64,000 nucleotides of DNA, taken from the NCBI GenBank assembly GCA_964016885.1, contig OZ024750.1, positions 36,580,001 to 36,644,000 on the forward strand. The letters run 5' to 3'. Position 1 is the stretch's first letter; each line of letters begins with the position of its first letter. Shown piece after piece: positions 36,510-50,576 of the stretch. The notes below the pieces were generated by a model. That model was not told where the DNA came from. It was given only the letters and a program-made list of their open reading frames with translations, and made no database searches. Source of the DNA: Eledone cirrhosa. Its lineage: Eukaryota. Position numbers and translations under genes: made by a program.

Positions 36510-36950
36510 ATTCTTTCTAATATTGGTACAAGGCCAAAATGGTTTCTGCTTTTGGCACAAGACCAGCAAGTTGTAAGGGAGGGGAAAGCTGATTAAATCA
36601 ACCCCAGTGCATGAAAGGATGAAAGGCAAAACCAACCTCACTGTGATTTGAACTCGGAAAGTAAAGGGCCATAACTATATGCCACAAAGCATGTCCAAAG
36701 TTCTATCAACCGCCTGATTATCTTAATAATTGTTTACGTTTTTGCACAAGGCCAGCAATTTGAGGGAGGGGGGGGGGGGTTAGTTAAATCACCCCAGTGC
36801 ATTACTGGTACTTTATTTTAACAACCCAGTAAGGTTGAAAAGTAAAAAGCTAACCTTGTTTGCTTTTGACCTTAGGAAATAAGAGGCCATAAGTATATAC
36901 CACAAACCATGTTAGCCGATGCTCTACCGATTACTGCCAATCCAACACCT
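36510..36950 (-). mobile_element. Diverged SINE-M copies
   Basis: Two or three partial Meta-like cores. Confidence 0.65.
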
Positions 36951-37170
36951 TATTGAACACAAATACATAATAACCAGTGAAAAACATTGAAGCTCTTCTC
37001 AGATAGTCCTACACAGAGAGAACCCTGTAATTAAGCTCAGGGTTTATTTATACTATAAACATGTGTGGTGTTTAGTAAATATAAGCGGGACTATTTATTC
37101 ACAGTTTATAGATTCTGATGGTTACATATGATCAGTTTGTTGTCTGACCTTTATACTGATATGTAGAGAG

Positions 37171-37238
37171 ACTACTACTACTACTACTACTACTACTGCC
37201 ATCACTATTACTACTACTGCTGCCATCACTACTACTAT

Positions 37239-37269
<31 letters not shown>

Positions 37270-37313
37270 GCCATCACTACTACTACTACTGCCATCACTA
37301 CTACTACTGCCAT

Positions 37314-37356
<43 letters not shown>

Positions 37357-37508
37357 GCCATCATTATTACTACTACTGCTGCCATCACTACTACTACTAC
37401 TACTACTGCCATCACTATTACTACTACTGCTGCCATCACTACTACTACTACTACTACTACTGCCATCACTACTACTACTACTGCCATCACTACTACTACT
37501 GCTGCCAT

Positions 37509-37548
<40 letters not shown>

Positions 37549-37553
37549 GCCAT

Positions 37554-37584
<31 letters not shown>

Positions 37585-37880
37585 GCCATCACTACTACTA
37601 CTACTGCCATCACTACTACTACTACTGCCATCACTACTACTACTGCTGCCATCACTACTACTACTACTACTACTACTGCTACTACTGCCATCACTACTAC
37701 TACTACTGCTGCTGCTGCTACTACTACTACTACTCCTGCTATAACCACCACTGCCACTAGTTATACTGTAGTAGCAATAACAGTAGTGAAAGCAGCCACA
37801 GAAGTAGTAGTAGTAAAAGCAACAGCAACAGTATTAGTAGCAGCAGCAGCAGCAGTTGTAGTAGCAGTAACATTAGTATT
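37171..37880. repeat. Compound (ACT)n-GCCATC trinucleotide minisatellite followed by a (GTA/GCA)n tract
   Basis: Direct inspection. Confidence 0.95.
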
Positions 37881-37970
37881 AATGTCTCTCTAGTACAGAG
37901 AAACTAAATTTCTGTATCTCACATTAACAAGAGAGTTTACTCAGGTTTTCATAAATACTTTTGATAAATA

Positions 37971-38514
37971 CTTTCGCATTTAAACTGGCCGTATCTGGAC
38001 TGAATTTTCTCACTTCTTTCTGTTCAAACTGGCCATAACTGGCTGCTCATACTTGTTTCTCAAAATAAATGATATCAAAATCTTGGAGATTCGATATTAT
38101 GTGAGATAGTGTTTAGTGTGAAAATACAATGGTAAATATAGAGTAATCATCGTCATCGTCATCATTTTACGTCCACTTTTCCCTGCTTGCAAGGGTGGGA
38201 CGGGAACTGATTCTGGCTTGATTTCTACAGCTGGATGCCCTTCCTAACACCAACCTCATTTTTACAGTGAGGGCTGGGTGCTTTTTTGCCGCGACACCTC
38301 CACGACCATTTTGCAGTGGAATGATAGGGATCCCAGTCCTATCATCTCATTTCTACAGCTGAGTAAACTGGAGCAATGTGAAATAAAGTGTCTTGCTCAA
38401 GGAAACAACACATCACCCGGTCTGAGAATTGAACTCACAACCTTTCGATTGCAAGCCCAATGCTCTAACCACTAAGCAATATGCCTCCATGTAATGTGAA
38501 TGGTAAAGGGTTAA
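37971..38514 (+). mobile_element. piggyBac-type MITE interrupted by SINE-A (38146-38488, minus)
   Basis: MITE body resumes after the SINE and ends gtaaagggTTAA. Confidence 0.8.
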
Positions 38515-38651
38515 GGGAAAATACTTAAGATTTGCACAGTTTTGTTATTGTTGTTGTTGTTGTTATAAGCCCCAAGAATAGGTTTACCTTTATTTATTTT
38601 TATTGATATATTATTTCTTCCCATTAATTCTGGGTTGTTGTTTGAAGAACA

Positions 38652-38945
38652 TCTTGACATTACAGTTCTGTGATGTCACAACACCTCTGGTCTTGACATT
38701 ACAGTTCTGTGATGTCACAACACCTCTGGTCTTGACATTACAGTTCTGTGATGTCACAACACCTCTGGTCTTGACATTACAGTTCTGTGATGTCACAACA
38801 CGCCTGGTCTTGACATTACAGTTCTATGACATCACAGTACCTCTGGTCTTGACATATACAGTTCTATGACATCACAACACGCCTGGTCTTGACATATACA
38901 GTTCTATGACATCACAATACCCCTGGTCTTGATATTACAGTTCTA
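38652..38945. repeat. 39-bp tandem minisatellite, about 7.5 units
   Basis: tcttgacattacagttctgtgatgtcacaacacctctgg. Confidence 0.95.
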
Positions 38946-40440
38946 TGGTTCAATATTTGGCATTGATCATTCTCCTGTTTAATCTCACAAATTCATTTTT
39001 CTTTCCATTTCAACAAAGAAAAAGAAAAAGAAAATATTCAAAGAAAGAAAATCTGAAATGTTTTCTTTTATGTCTTCTTCCAACCAACCAATTCTTCACC
39101 ATTACATGCTATAATTCTCACTAATTTTTCCTTTTAACTTCTATTTTTTTTCTCTCCACATTTTCTGATATTTTTGCCTCTCTGTTCTTCACATCTCATC
39201 TTGTTTGTTTTTCTATTTAGTCATCTTCTCTCTTCTCTCATTATTTCTCTCTTCATGTTTTTCTCTCTCAACATTTCTCTCTCTTCATGTTTTTCTCTCT
39301 CATCATCTCTCTCTCTCTCTCTCTTTCTCTTCATATTTCTCTCTCTCCTCATATTTTTCTCTCTCATCATTTCTCTGTCTTCATATCTCTGTCTTCATAT
39401 TTTTCTTTCATTTTTTTGTGCTGTTGTCTTTGTCTGTCTTTGTCATATATGTTTGGTTAGTTCCTGCAACCCTCATAAGATGTTCTACATATGTTGCTTT
39501 CTTAATAGACATTTATTTGCAAATTTCTCTTGATTCTTCTCAATTCTTCGCACCATATTTACTTCTCCATTATCCTTTATTCTAAGTTATTTTCAACAAT
39601 CCCAAAATGGACACCTTCTCACCACAATAACTTAATTCACATCAATTTCAACACAAACAATATATTTTATTTTATTCATTTATTTATTTCATTTTATTTA
39701 TTATTTATTTATTTCATTTTTCATTTTATTTTATTTATTATTTATTTCATTTTTTATTTCCTTTTATTTATTTATTTATTTATTTCATTTTTCATTTTAT
39801 TATTTTTATTATTTATTCATTTTATTTATTTTTTTAGCTATTTATTACTATTTATTACTATTTCTTTTATTTCCGTTTTTCTTCATTCTTTGTTGTGGTC
39901 CATTTGTTGTTTTTTTGTTCTCATAATATATTAAAGTTGAGTGGGACTGATGCTTAAAATAGATCTATGTTAAAGTACACAGAGACCTATATTAACATAA
40001 AGAATATATACACACACACACACACCCTGCCTCCATACACAGAAACAAACGATATAAGCTTTATCATTAATTTTATGATTGATCATATTGAACAGTGTTC
40101 TGTAGTCTACAGATGTAGTTATTGTGTTCGCTATGCCACAGGCTATCATTCATTAGTCATTGTTATTGTTGTTATTGTTATTGTGGTTGTTGTTTTTATT
40201 GTTAATGTGGTTGTTGTTGCTCTTGATGTTGATGATGTTGATGTTGATGTTGTTATGTTGATGTCTTTATTGTTGTTGTTGGTGTCTATTGTTTTGGCTG
40301 TTATTATGTTTGTTGTTATTGATGTTGATTAGCCTTTAAGTCAAATCTGATTGAGCAGACTAATCATAAAAGATATTATTACAGTCACAACCATTCCATA
40401 TTTTTAGAAGTCTTTAATACTTCATTATTTACTTTTACCT

Positions 40441-40630
40441 TGGCGGTGGATTGGCAGTATCGGTAGAGGGTCGGACGCCATGCTTTCCAGAATAGTTACG
40501 TCCCTTTATGATCTGAGTTCAAATCCCGCCGAGGTTGACTTTGCCTTTCATCCTTACAGGGTCGATAAAATAAAGTACCAGTAATGCACTGGGTAATTGC
40601 TGGCCTTGTGCCTAAAGTAGAAACAATTAT
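40441..40630 (+). mobile_element. SINE-M copy with TSD-like ttattttacttttacctt flanks
   Basis: Meta-like core; near-identical flanking sequences. Confidence 0.85.
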
Positions 40631-40838
40631 TTACTTTTACCTTCCCTTTCCAGAAGACAATAGATTAGAATTGAAGAGAGAGAGAGAGATTTGTCTACTA
40701 TTTCTAGCAGGACAAGTGACCATTTAGTGTTTCCCTGTTTTAATAGATGCATCATGCCTTACACACATGCACACACACTCATAAACCAATGGGTGCGTGT
40801 GTTTTTATTGGCAGCATGACCCTCCCAAAGTATAACAG

Positions 40839-41527
40839 TCATCATCATCATCGTTTAATGTCTATCTTCCACGCTAGCATGGGTTAGACGGGAGTTGTCC
40901 CACTTGAGGCAAGATTGGTTGGGTGACCATGTGTCGCTCGTTTAGGACCATCTGGCAGGTTTTCTACGGCTGGATGCCCTTCCTAACACCAACCATGTTT
41001 ACAGTTTACCATGTTACCTACATGGTCACATTACAGCGTGGACTGTGTTTTTTGTTGAGACACCTACATGATCTCATTAGTTTGGACTGGATGTTGTGGT
41101 ACCAACATAACTTTAGAGAGAAAGGGTGGTGTTGCCGGGAGTGGGAGGATGGAGTAGGGGCAGTGGGTTGGGGTGTATCTTTGGTTTGGAGGGGGCTACT
41201 GACTGTAGGTTAAATTTGCAAGTAGGGAAGGCGGGTCTTCTGTAATACTGCGTGGCCCCAAAGATCTCGATCTAGTGACATTGTCTTAGAAAGGTGCAAG
41301 TGTGCAAGGTCAGACTTTATCATGTCATCCCAGGTTTTTCTGGGTCTACCTTCTCTGTAACTTCCCTCAATTTTGATCGCCCTGCACTTTTTTATACAGC
41401 TGTCGTCTTTCATGCGCATCACGTGAGTGTACCAACATAATCTTCTCTCAAGTAAACAGCATCTGATCCCTCTTATTCCTAATTTCTCACTTAGTTCGTT
41501 TATGTTTTGCCGTTCGTGTATATTACT
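40839..41527 (-). mobile_element. RTE-B-related LINE 3' end
   Basis: ERQNINELSEKLGIRG...GRPRKTWDD; long 3' UTR; tail. Confidence 0.88.
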
Positions 41528-42439
41528 ATATATGTATATAAAACCACAACAAGATTCTGTACAGTTTTCATCTACCAAATTCTACAGCACAACATTGGTC
41601 ACTCTGAAGTTATGGTAGAAGACACTCGTCTAAGATGATGTATAGTATAATTTTGTTCTTGAGATCACGCAATAACCAAGTGAACAGTTTCACAACCTAG
41701 CCTTGTCTACACTCAGATTGAAATGGAATATATTATAATATAAGACTAAGTCTAAATCTTAATCACAGCTCCAACTCTTTGTGAAAATCTTAATATTACA
41801 GATGAAGAAATTCTATGATTTTATTAAAATCTTATATTTAGTCTTGGAAAGATCTGATTCTTTAGTATAGAGAACAAAGGAAGGTTGCATAAAGATTCTG
41901 ACAATATTAATATTCAGAATTTGTAATGTTTCAGAAAGCAATCTGAAAAATTCATCCATTTTTGATAAATTGATGTTAGCTAACTCCATTCTTTTGAATT
42001 AATCCACTGATAATTCTAACCTTCTTAAGCCAGAGTGCTAAGGTCTGAGTTAGTGGCTAGCTACTTTCGAAATATTTTAAATATAGCCTACTCTATAAAG
42101 AGATTACAGATGTTACATGAAGCAGAAAACTGAGATGATATCCTGTCTTCTACATCTTCAAAAGACATTTTCATTGATAAAATTGTGCTTACCGATTTAA
42201 GTACTTAATAAATGTTGACAGTACAACATTTGCTTGTGACTAATAGGATTAATTGTATAGAAGACTAATTTGAAAGGGATTAGTGATATTTACATCATTT
42301 TCAATTACTATTGTTTCTTAGAATTAGATCTTGTGTTTGTTTCCTTTTTGTGTTTTTCATTCTGTAAAAACCTTTTGGAATTTGTTACTGCCAGTCTTTG
42401 AATTAGAAGAAGAAGAAGAATATTCAATCATGTTCCTGC

Positions 42440-42605
42440 AACTGGTACAGCCAGACATTGGGTTTTCACTGGTGCAGCCAGATATTGGGGTGCCACTGAT
42501 ACAGCTATTCATTAGGGTGTCACTGATGCAGCTATTCATTAGGGTGCCACTGGTGCAGCTAAGCTTTAGGGTGTTACATGTGCAGCTAATCATTAGGGTG
42601 CCTCT
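42440..42605. repeat. Degenerate 27-bp tandem repeat (about 6 units) within ORFs open on both strands
   Basis: cactgatgcagctattcattagggtgc-like units. Confidence 0.8.
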
Positions 42606-42702
42606 ACGGGAAAGCTGCAGTGCAAGGAAACTGAAATAATGTTTAGTCATTGAAAACACCTGCCAGAGTAAGCAGGAAAGATAATAGTGCTAATATTGAT
42701 TT

Positions 42703-42912
42703 TAGAGGGGTGCTGAAAAGTTCCTGGCTTTTTTGTAAAATAAAATACAAGAGGATCAGTTAATTATGATTTTATTCAACATATTCCCCTCTCAGATTCA
42801 CACATTTATTGCAGCAGTCCTCCAGTATTTCTAAGCCCTATAAAAAGAACTTTGGAAGGTTTGGACTACTGTAGTAACTATCAAGCTAGGAACATTTCAG
42901 CACTCCCTCGTA
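42703..42912 (+). mobile_element. Mariner-type MITE
   Basis: TA-gaggggtgctgaaaagttcc...ggaacatttcagcactccctcg-TA. Confidence 0.78.
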
Positions 42913-43099
42913 TGATGAAAATAGACAATAGGGGAGCAAGCTTATTGTGACAATTAATTGTACCTTTGTCAGAATAAAAACAAAGAAGACATGGATAGAA
43001 ATGATAAGCTCAGATCTCAGAATGGTGGACTTCAAAATGACAAAAGATCTTGATGTGTGATGATGTGTGGTTATTTAAACCCTGGTCAAAACGGAAAAT

Positions 43100-43455
43100 T
43101 AGGTGGCAAATTGGCAGAATCATTATAACGTTGGATAGAGAGATATGTGGTATTTGTTCTAGCTCTCTGATCTCTGAGTTCAAATCCCACCAAGGTCAAC
43201 TTTGCCTTTTATCCTTTCAAGGGCGATAAAAAAAAAAAAATACCAATCTAGTACTAGGGTGGATTCTTCCTCTACATCTCTTTCTCATTTCCTCTCTCTC
43301 CATATATATATAGTACTAGTCTAGTACTGGGGTGGATTCTTCTATATCTGTTTCTCATTTCCTCTCTCTCCATATATATATATATATATAGTACCAGTCT
43401 AGTACTGGGGTGGATTCTTCCTCTATATCTCTTTCTCATTTCCTCTCTCTCACTT
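43100..43455 (+). repeat. SINE-M fragment followed by a ~70-bp triplication
   Basis: tctagtactggggtggattcttc...ctctctctc x3. Confidence 0.7.
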
Positions 43456-44251
43456 TCTATCTTTCTCTGGAAGATCTCTGCTGTACTCAGGACTGGAGAG
43501 GGATGGGCTCCACCAAGCTTAAAATGGCCAAGAATGTCGATACGGTGCCCCTATGACTCTATCAGGATTTACAGGATCATACATACAAAATGGAAATACA
43601 GACATTAAAAACTAATAATATTGTATTTAGAATCACAATTTTATATATGGCTTTCATGATAATGTCATTTCTTTGCAAATAATTAATAACAATGTAAATT
43701 TTCTAATCAAAATTTAAAATCAAATAATACATGCATCAAATATAATTTAGTCTTTTGTTAAAATCACTTTAAATAAACTATTTATTTCCTGCTGACCTTC
43801 AAGTACCAAGATGATTTCTTTATGACAAGTACTATAATAGTTTCTTTATGACAAGAATAACATTTCAAATAAAAGGTATTAACTATGTTATCTTTAAAAT
43901 AATGAATCCAGGGGAAAATGTTTCATTTAGCTTCCTTTTTTTTTAATCTAAAATTTCAACAAAGTAATTATTTTCTGTTGTTTATGTAAACAGTATGCCT
44001 TAAGTGGATTGGATAATAATTACAGTAACAACAACAACAATAATAATAATAATAATGATAGCAGATGTTAGCATGTGACTGGCAGCCAGCCACTTTCCAA
44101 CAAAATCTCTGAGTATAATTTAAATTAAGAAAATAGAAGGTAGTTATATTTTCTAAATATAAATTAAGATACAATAAAAGTTAACTGTCTTGTCGTAGAT
44201 TTCAGTAAATTGTGTGCAATTTCTGAAAATAGCTTAATATAATTTTATAAA

Positions 44252-44599
44252 TGTGGAGGCACATGGCTTAGTGGTTAGAGCATTGGCCTTGCAATCAAAA
44301 GGTTGTGAGTTCAATTCTCAGACCGGGTGATGTGTTGTTTCCTTGAGCAAGACACTTTATTTCACATTGCTCCAGTTTACTCAGCTGTAGAAATGAGTGG
44401 AATGATAGGGACTGGGGTCCCTATCATTCCACTGCAAAGTGGTCGTGGAGGTGCCACAGCAAAAAAAGCATGCAGCACTCCCTGTAAATGAGGTTGGTGT
44501 TAGGAAGGGCATCCAGCTGTAGAAATCAAGCCAGAATCAGTTCCCGTCCCACCCTTGCAAGCAGGGAAAAAGCGGACGTAAAATGAAATGATGATGATG
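44252..44599 (+). mobile_element. SINE-A copy with 11-bp TSD
   Basis: TSD AATTTTATAAA at 44241-44251 and 44600-44610. Confidence 0.9.
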
Positions 44600-45054
44600 A
44601 ATTTTATAAAAGAAGAGACTAGCAGTTCTCCATTTGAACTAATGGTATGTATATATATATATTCTGCACACATCTGTCAATATTGTTGTTGTTTACATTC
44701 ATTGCATTAATTATAGTCTCCATTGCCAACCATCATTTCATGACAATCAATGTTTTAATAAAACTCAATTATATAGAATTGCAATCAATAAGTTATAGTT
44801 AGTCAAATCTATAGATAGATTTTTATTATGCTGCGCTCCACATATAAAGTAAAAGCTACATAAGTAAATAAAACTAAGGATAATTTCTATGGATAATATT
44901 TTAAATTAAATAAGTGAGTAAATTAGTAATAGATGCATAATTGCATCTTAACGAAAGAACCTGACATTCATTTTTGGTAAATGTAACCTTGACCAGAACC
45001 AGGAGGTGTTGATGTCATTAGACTATGTCAAATGTTCCTTGGGTGTTTCACCCT

Positions 45055-45283
45055 TTAACCCTTTAGTATTTAAACCGGCCATATCCAGCCAGAATTCTCT
45101 CACCTCTTTCTGTTCAAACCGGCTGTAACTGGCCACTCGTACTGATGTTAAGGTATTGTTCTCAAAATAAAAAAATTCAAAATCTTGTAGATTCAATATT
45201 ATGTGAGATAATTATGTGAGGTAAAGCCTTTACTGTGGAAATATAATAGTAAATATAGAGTAATGAAAATGCTAAAGGGTTAA
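45055..45283 (+). mobile_element. piggyBac-type MITE, complete
   Basis: TTAA-CCCTTTAG ... CTAAAGGG-TTAA. Confidence 0.88.
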
Positions 45284-45299
45284 CTGTAACACCCTCTCA

Positions 45300-45710
45300 T
45301 TAACAGTGGTGGCTAAATTGACCATCTTCTCCTCCTGGCTTCGAGCTTATCTCCTCTCTTGTGCTCCATAACCAATAAGAGGTCCTTTCTGTTGCCCACC
45401 TCATCATGTGAACTGCTATCTTCTTCTCTTCCTGTTATGCCAACAGCAGTGAGTATTCTCCATTCTGATTTAGCCAGGAATCTCTTGCAGCCCACTTTGA
45501 CTGGAAATACCCTCACTTGCTATCCTTTTTCTCTGCAGTCCTGCACAAGTTCTTGGTAATTGGTACTCTTTCACTGAAAATGCATGGCTGCACACTCCTA
45601 CCAATGTGACTGTGAGTTCAATCAGTGTTATCTTTCAGAACACAGAACCATACCTTGTCTTGGGGTTGTTTGATCAACCTGAGGAAACTACAAGCTTTCT
45701 CCCAAATCAA
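45300..45710 (-). mobile_element. HERO/NeSL-like LINE restriction-like endonuclease fragment
   Basis: LIELTV...YQELVQDCREKG...VFPVKVGCKRF resembles ELTVPWE..KY..L..FPVEVGCRGF. Confidence 0.7.
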
Positions 45711-46898
45711 TACAATATTTCTATTGAACTGCATGCACTTCAAAAATACTACACAACCCACCATAAATACTTCTATTGTATTAATTAATACAAAAGAAGT
45801 ATTTTTTTTTTCTGTAGCTTATTCCGGTTGTTGTTTAACCCCAAGTGTGCATTGATTGAGCAGATCTTTGTTGAAAGGTATTCCACCTATTACCATCTCA
45901 TCTTTTTTTTTCAGACACAATGACTCTATTGTAATGTTATCTCATGGTTCCTAATATCTCTTCTTCCTATAAGAAAGTAAAATGTAATTTGAGGGAGATT
46001 TGGTTGTTATTTCAAGCAGATTAAACGACTGCATAAAAACTCCCTCAATAGAATTAATTTGTATATTTGCTTTAATGAGTTTCATTATCAGTGCTGGAGG
46101 AATAAGTAATTTCTTTGATCACGATGAAAAAGAATGAAAATGTGTTATGTTATATTATCTTACAATGAGTGGTGCGCCATTCTGTTTATCATATTTCTTC
46201 ATTTCTTTTATGAAAATGGAATATTTTAGCCATTAACCAGTTTTCTATTTCTACAGATATCAAAGAACACAATTTGTTTTGATAGTTCTATGGATTGTTG
46301 TTAGCTGATTAATCAACAAATGTATTATTTTTCATATCCTCCATTTTGAAGTTTGTTTCACTCAACATATTACATTTCTTCTTGTGTTTAGTTTGAAAAT
46401 TAACTCATTCAGTTAAATTTAAAGTGGTTTTACAGTCTTAAGTTTACTAATATGTCTTTTTTCTGTATTTCTGTTTTGTCTAATATTGGCATCGATCTAG
46501 TTTTGCAGCGGCATACCAGTAATTCTGTGGTAGCAGGTTGCTAGCCATTTACTCCAATTTCTACCATATTTAGGTAAAGTGATGTTGTAAGTGGTCTTCA
46601 TGATCCTTCTCACAGTATAATATAGGGAATTCTGAGAAAATGGAGAGAAGAAGAGAGAAAAGAAAGATGGGGGGGAGGAGAGAGAGACACAGACAGAGAG
46701 AGGGGGGAGAAAAATCTAATCTAGTACTCCAATTTGATCCTTTCCACAACACAATATACGGAGTTCTGAGAAAGAGGGGGGAATAAGAGAGACAGAAAGA
46801 GAGAAGGGGAGAGGAGAGAGAGAGTCACAGACAAAGAGAGAGAGAGAGAGAGTAGTGAGAGAAGAATCGAATCTAGTACTTCATTTTGATCCTTCTCA

Positions 46899-47706
46899 TC
46901 AGATAATAAAGTAAGGAGTGCGGGACTTCGTCCTGAATATATTTTTTTATCCCGTTAGGAAAATAAGTTGGATTACTTAGAATAAATAATTGTTTCTACT
47001 TTTGGCACAAGGCCAGCAATTACCCAGTGTATTACTGGTACTTTATTTTATCGACCCCGTAAGGATGAAAGGCAAAGTTAACCTCGACGGGATTTGAACT
47101 CAGAATGGCAAGGGCCGTAACTCTATGCGTCAAAGCATGGCGTCCGACCCTCTACCAATACTCCCAATCGACCGCCATTACTTTGAATAAATAATTGTTT
47201 CTACTTTTGACACAAGGCCAGCAATTATCCAGTGTATTACTGGTACTTTATTTTATCGACCCTGTAAGGATGAAAGGCAAAGTCAAAATAATGAATGATT
47301 ACATAATTTACCTACTAAATTTCGTAGCTGTTGATTAAACATAAATATTCTTATATATATAATAATTGCTTATTTATAAATTCACTTCTTTTAAAATTTT
47401 CAAATGTCAATACTTCTGGTTATAACGGACGCCATGTTATATTGCTTATATAAATGTTCATATATTTGCATCGTTATATCATAACGTTTATATTTCTCTC
47501 GCTAATTTTCTCCTTTTTTGATTTCATTACATTTCACGGTAATGCAGTTTATATATAATATCTTTTTTAAATGTATCATGGATTACTTTACTGATTACAG
47601 AAGAGCGTGTAACACAGTCTCTCTTCAATTTCTGTGCATATTCTCAATTTCTGTGCATACTACACATGCTAGCAGAACACCACCCAAATGGTGGTTTTTC
47701 TGCTAG
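46899..47706 (+). mobile_element. Non-autonomous Helitron carrying SINE-M insertions (about 46985-47285)
   Basis: A|TC start, subterminal hairpin, CTAG|T end, no TSD; inverted homolog at 55770-56679. Confidence 0.75.
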
Positions 47707-47873
47707 TCTAGGTAATTCTGAGAGAGAGAAAGTGAGAGGAGGAATCAGATAGAGAAAGAGAGAGAGTATATATATATATATATATATAAATATGTATATA
47801 TATATATATATATATAAATATGTATATATATATATATATATATGTGTGTATATATATGTATAAATAATATATG

Positions 47874-47907
<34 letters not shown>

Positions 47908-48185
47908 TACATGTATATATATATATATACATATATACATTTATACACACACATATATACATGTATATATATATACACATATATACTTGTATACATATTC
48001 CAGACACTGCCCACAACAGGACAACCCGTCTAACCCATGCTAGCGTGGAAGAACGGACGTAAAACGGTGATGATGATGATGATGATGATGATGTATGTAT
48101 ATAATATGTATGTTTATATATGTATCTTTATATATGTATATATATATATATGTTTATATATGTATATATATATATGTATATATAA

Positions 48186-48409
48186 AAAAAGGAACGATCG
48201 ACTTTCGTCAAATCGGACCGAGGGAACAATGTTTCCGTTGGTCTTTCCAATTGCTAATACTATCTATCGGTCGCAACTCCAGGTAGAAGGAGCAACGTGA
48301 AATAAAGTGTCTTGCTCAAGGACATAACGCATCGCCTGGTCCAGGAATCGAACTCACAACCTTACGATTGCGAATCCAATTCCCTAACCACTCAGCCACA
48401 TGCCTTCAC
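48186..48409 (-). mobile_element. SINE-C copy
   Basis: Near-identical to 61543-61762. Confidence 0.85.
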
Positions 48410-49996
48410 ATATGTATATATATATATGTATATATATGTATATATAATATATGTATAACTTTGTCGGGAAGTGGTGTATTTCATTAAATCTACACCAGTG
48501 CATATATAGTAGTCACTTTATCAAATAACTATAGAACTGACGTATTGTGTCATACCAAAAAGAAAATCAATATTATAGCAAAGAAATAAAATTCATGAAA
48601 ACACGCAGCAAAAACAAAGAACATATATAGGAGATGAACAGAAATCCAAAGCATGTATTAAATAGGCATTCTTTAAAAAAGAAACACAACAAAGCTAAAC
48701 TAAAATAAAGCATATGGTAGATAGTGAAGGTTCATTTAGAAAAAAACAGTTCTATAACTAAATTTAATTGCTATATTTTAATTATATTCTTGCCTTGATA
48801 GACTCTTCTTTAACTGTGTGTTTTTTTTGTGTGTTTTGTGGTTGATTTATGAGCATTTGTTTACACAAATTCCTTATGATCATGACGCCATAGTTTTTAC
48901 TAGTCTGACTGCTCCTCCTTTAAGACTTCACATATATAGCAGCTCTCAATCAATAAAGATATTTTACATTAACATCCTTCAATTGTTTTCATAGCATACT
49001 CATAGCTTATCAATGACATTTGCAATTTTTCCCTTCTCTTGTCATAGAAAATTATTATTTGGCATTTGATTACTGAATGTTGTTCAGTAATCTCATGGGT
49101 ATTATCTTTCACCATTATATTTATGGTAATGAGTATTATACTCATCTATTTCTCCCAAGGAATTTATCAGAAACTTTCAAGAATTTTAAAAATAATTGCA
49201 GGTTATATATAAATCTTCATACTGCAATCATTCAATTTGTTTCCAAGCCAATATCATGTGGTGTGTTACTATTTTAAAGGATGTTGTATTTTATTATTGA
49301 AATACATTTTCATGAATAATTTTCTTCATGTCCTTTGTTGATCAGCAAACACTTCTCATTGTAATTTACTGCAGGCTATAACATTCAGCTGCTACAATTT
49401 CAAACTTATCTATTTTTATGTCTTTCAAAATAATTTTCTTTTATACATCAATATCTACAGAATGAGTGTTTGGATATTATGTACTTTAGTGCAATTTCTG
49501 AGAATAATATCCTACAATTATTGTGTTTTTCTGCCAATATACTCATCTTGATTTTACTACCTATCTATTTACATTTCTATACATCAATGTCGTATTACTA
49601 ATACACATAAACATTATTTCTATCAATTCAACATCAGTATCATTCTAAAATGTATTTCCTGTTTAAATAGTTATATACGCTGGCTTATAAAATGGTAATC
49701 AAATTTCATTTATATTTGGGTCAAGCAGATTCACAGCATACTACAACTATATAAAGACTGGTGATTTAAATATCATTAGATACATTATATTGCTTTGCTT
49801 TGTAAGATTCTAGTCAAAAGTAGTCATCATACTTAAAGAAAGAATATTTAATTGTGTAAAGAATACACACCAATGTTTCAATTTATAAATTTAGGCCTAT
49901 TTATTCCATGCTAATATATCAACATTGAATTGTGAACTATTATAATAATTCTCTCTCTATCATTGTGTATGTGTGTGTGTGTGTGTGTGTCTATAT

Positions 49997-50335
49997 ATGG
50001 CTTAGTGGTTAGAGCATTGGCCTTGCAATCGAAAGGTTGCGGGTTCAATTCTCAGACCGGGTGTTGTGTTGTTTCCTTGAGCAAGACACTTTATTTCACA
50101 TTGCTCCAGTTTACTCAGCTGTAGAAATGAGATGATAGGACTGGGGTCCATATCATTCCACTGCAAAGTGGTCGTGGAGGTGCCACGGCAAAAAAAAGCC
50201 CCCAGCACTCACTGTAAATGAGGTTGGTGTTAGGAAGGGCATCCAGCTGTAGAAATCAAGCCAGAATCAGTTCCCGTCCCACCCTTGCAAGCAGGGAAAA
50301 AGCGGACATAAAATGAAATGATGATGATGAATGAT
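49997..50335 (+). mobile_element. SINE-A copy
   Basis: Full-length match. Confidence 0.86.
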
Positions 50336-50576
50336 GATATGTATATGATCAAGACATGGTCACCTCACCTGGCATTTCTCACAACAAAACAACTCATCTA
50401 ACCCATGCTAGCATGGAAATATGGATGTAAAACGGTGATGATGATGATAATATATATATATATAGTTACAACAGTGACATAAACAGGTATTTCAGTTTCA
50501 TTGGGTTCTGGACCCCAGCTCATTCGGCCTGTCATAGGAAGATTAAAAATAAAAGTTTTTATTTTTATATTTTCTA

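Noticed and set aside
37122-37757. 211-aa poly-Val ORF; similar poly-Leu/Val/Thr ORFs at 32864, 39967 and 60815-61403
   Set aside because: Trinucleotide repeats with no splice or homology support
34340-38945. Tandem arrays as CRISPR or retrozyme arrays
   Set aside because: No unique spacers, eukaryotic context, no hammerhead core in the units
46509-46573. Plus-strand exon-like segment
   Set aside because: Stops in all three frames
48780-49900. Possible decayed DNA-transposase region (NLLDP-like motif on the minus strand)
   Set aside because: Too degenerate to classify by eye
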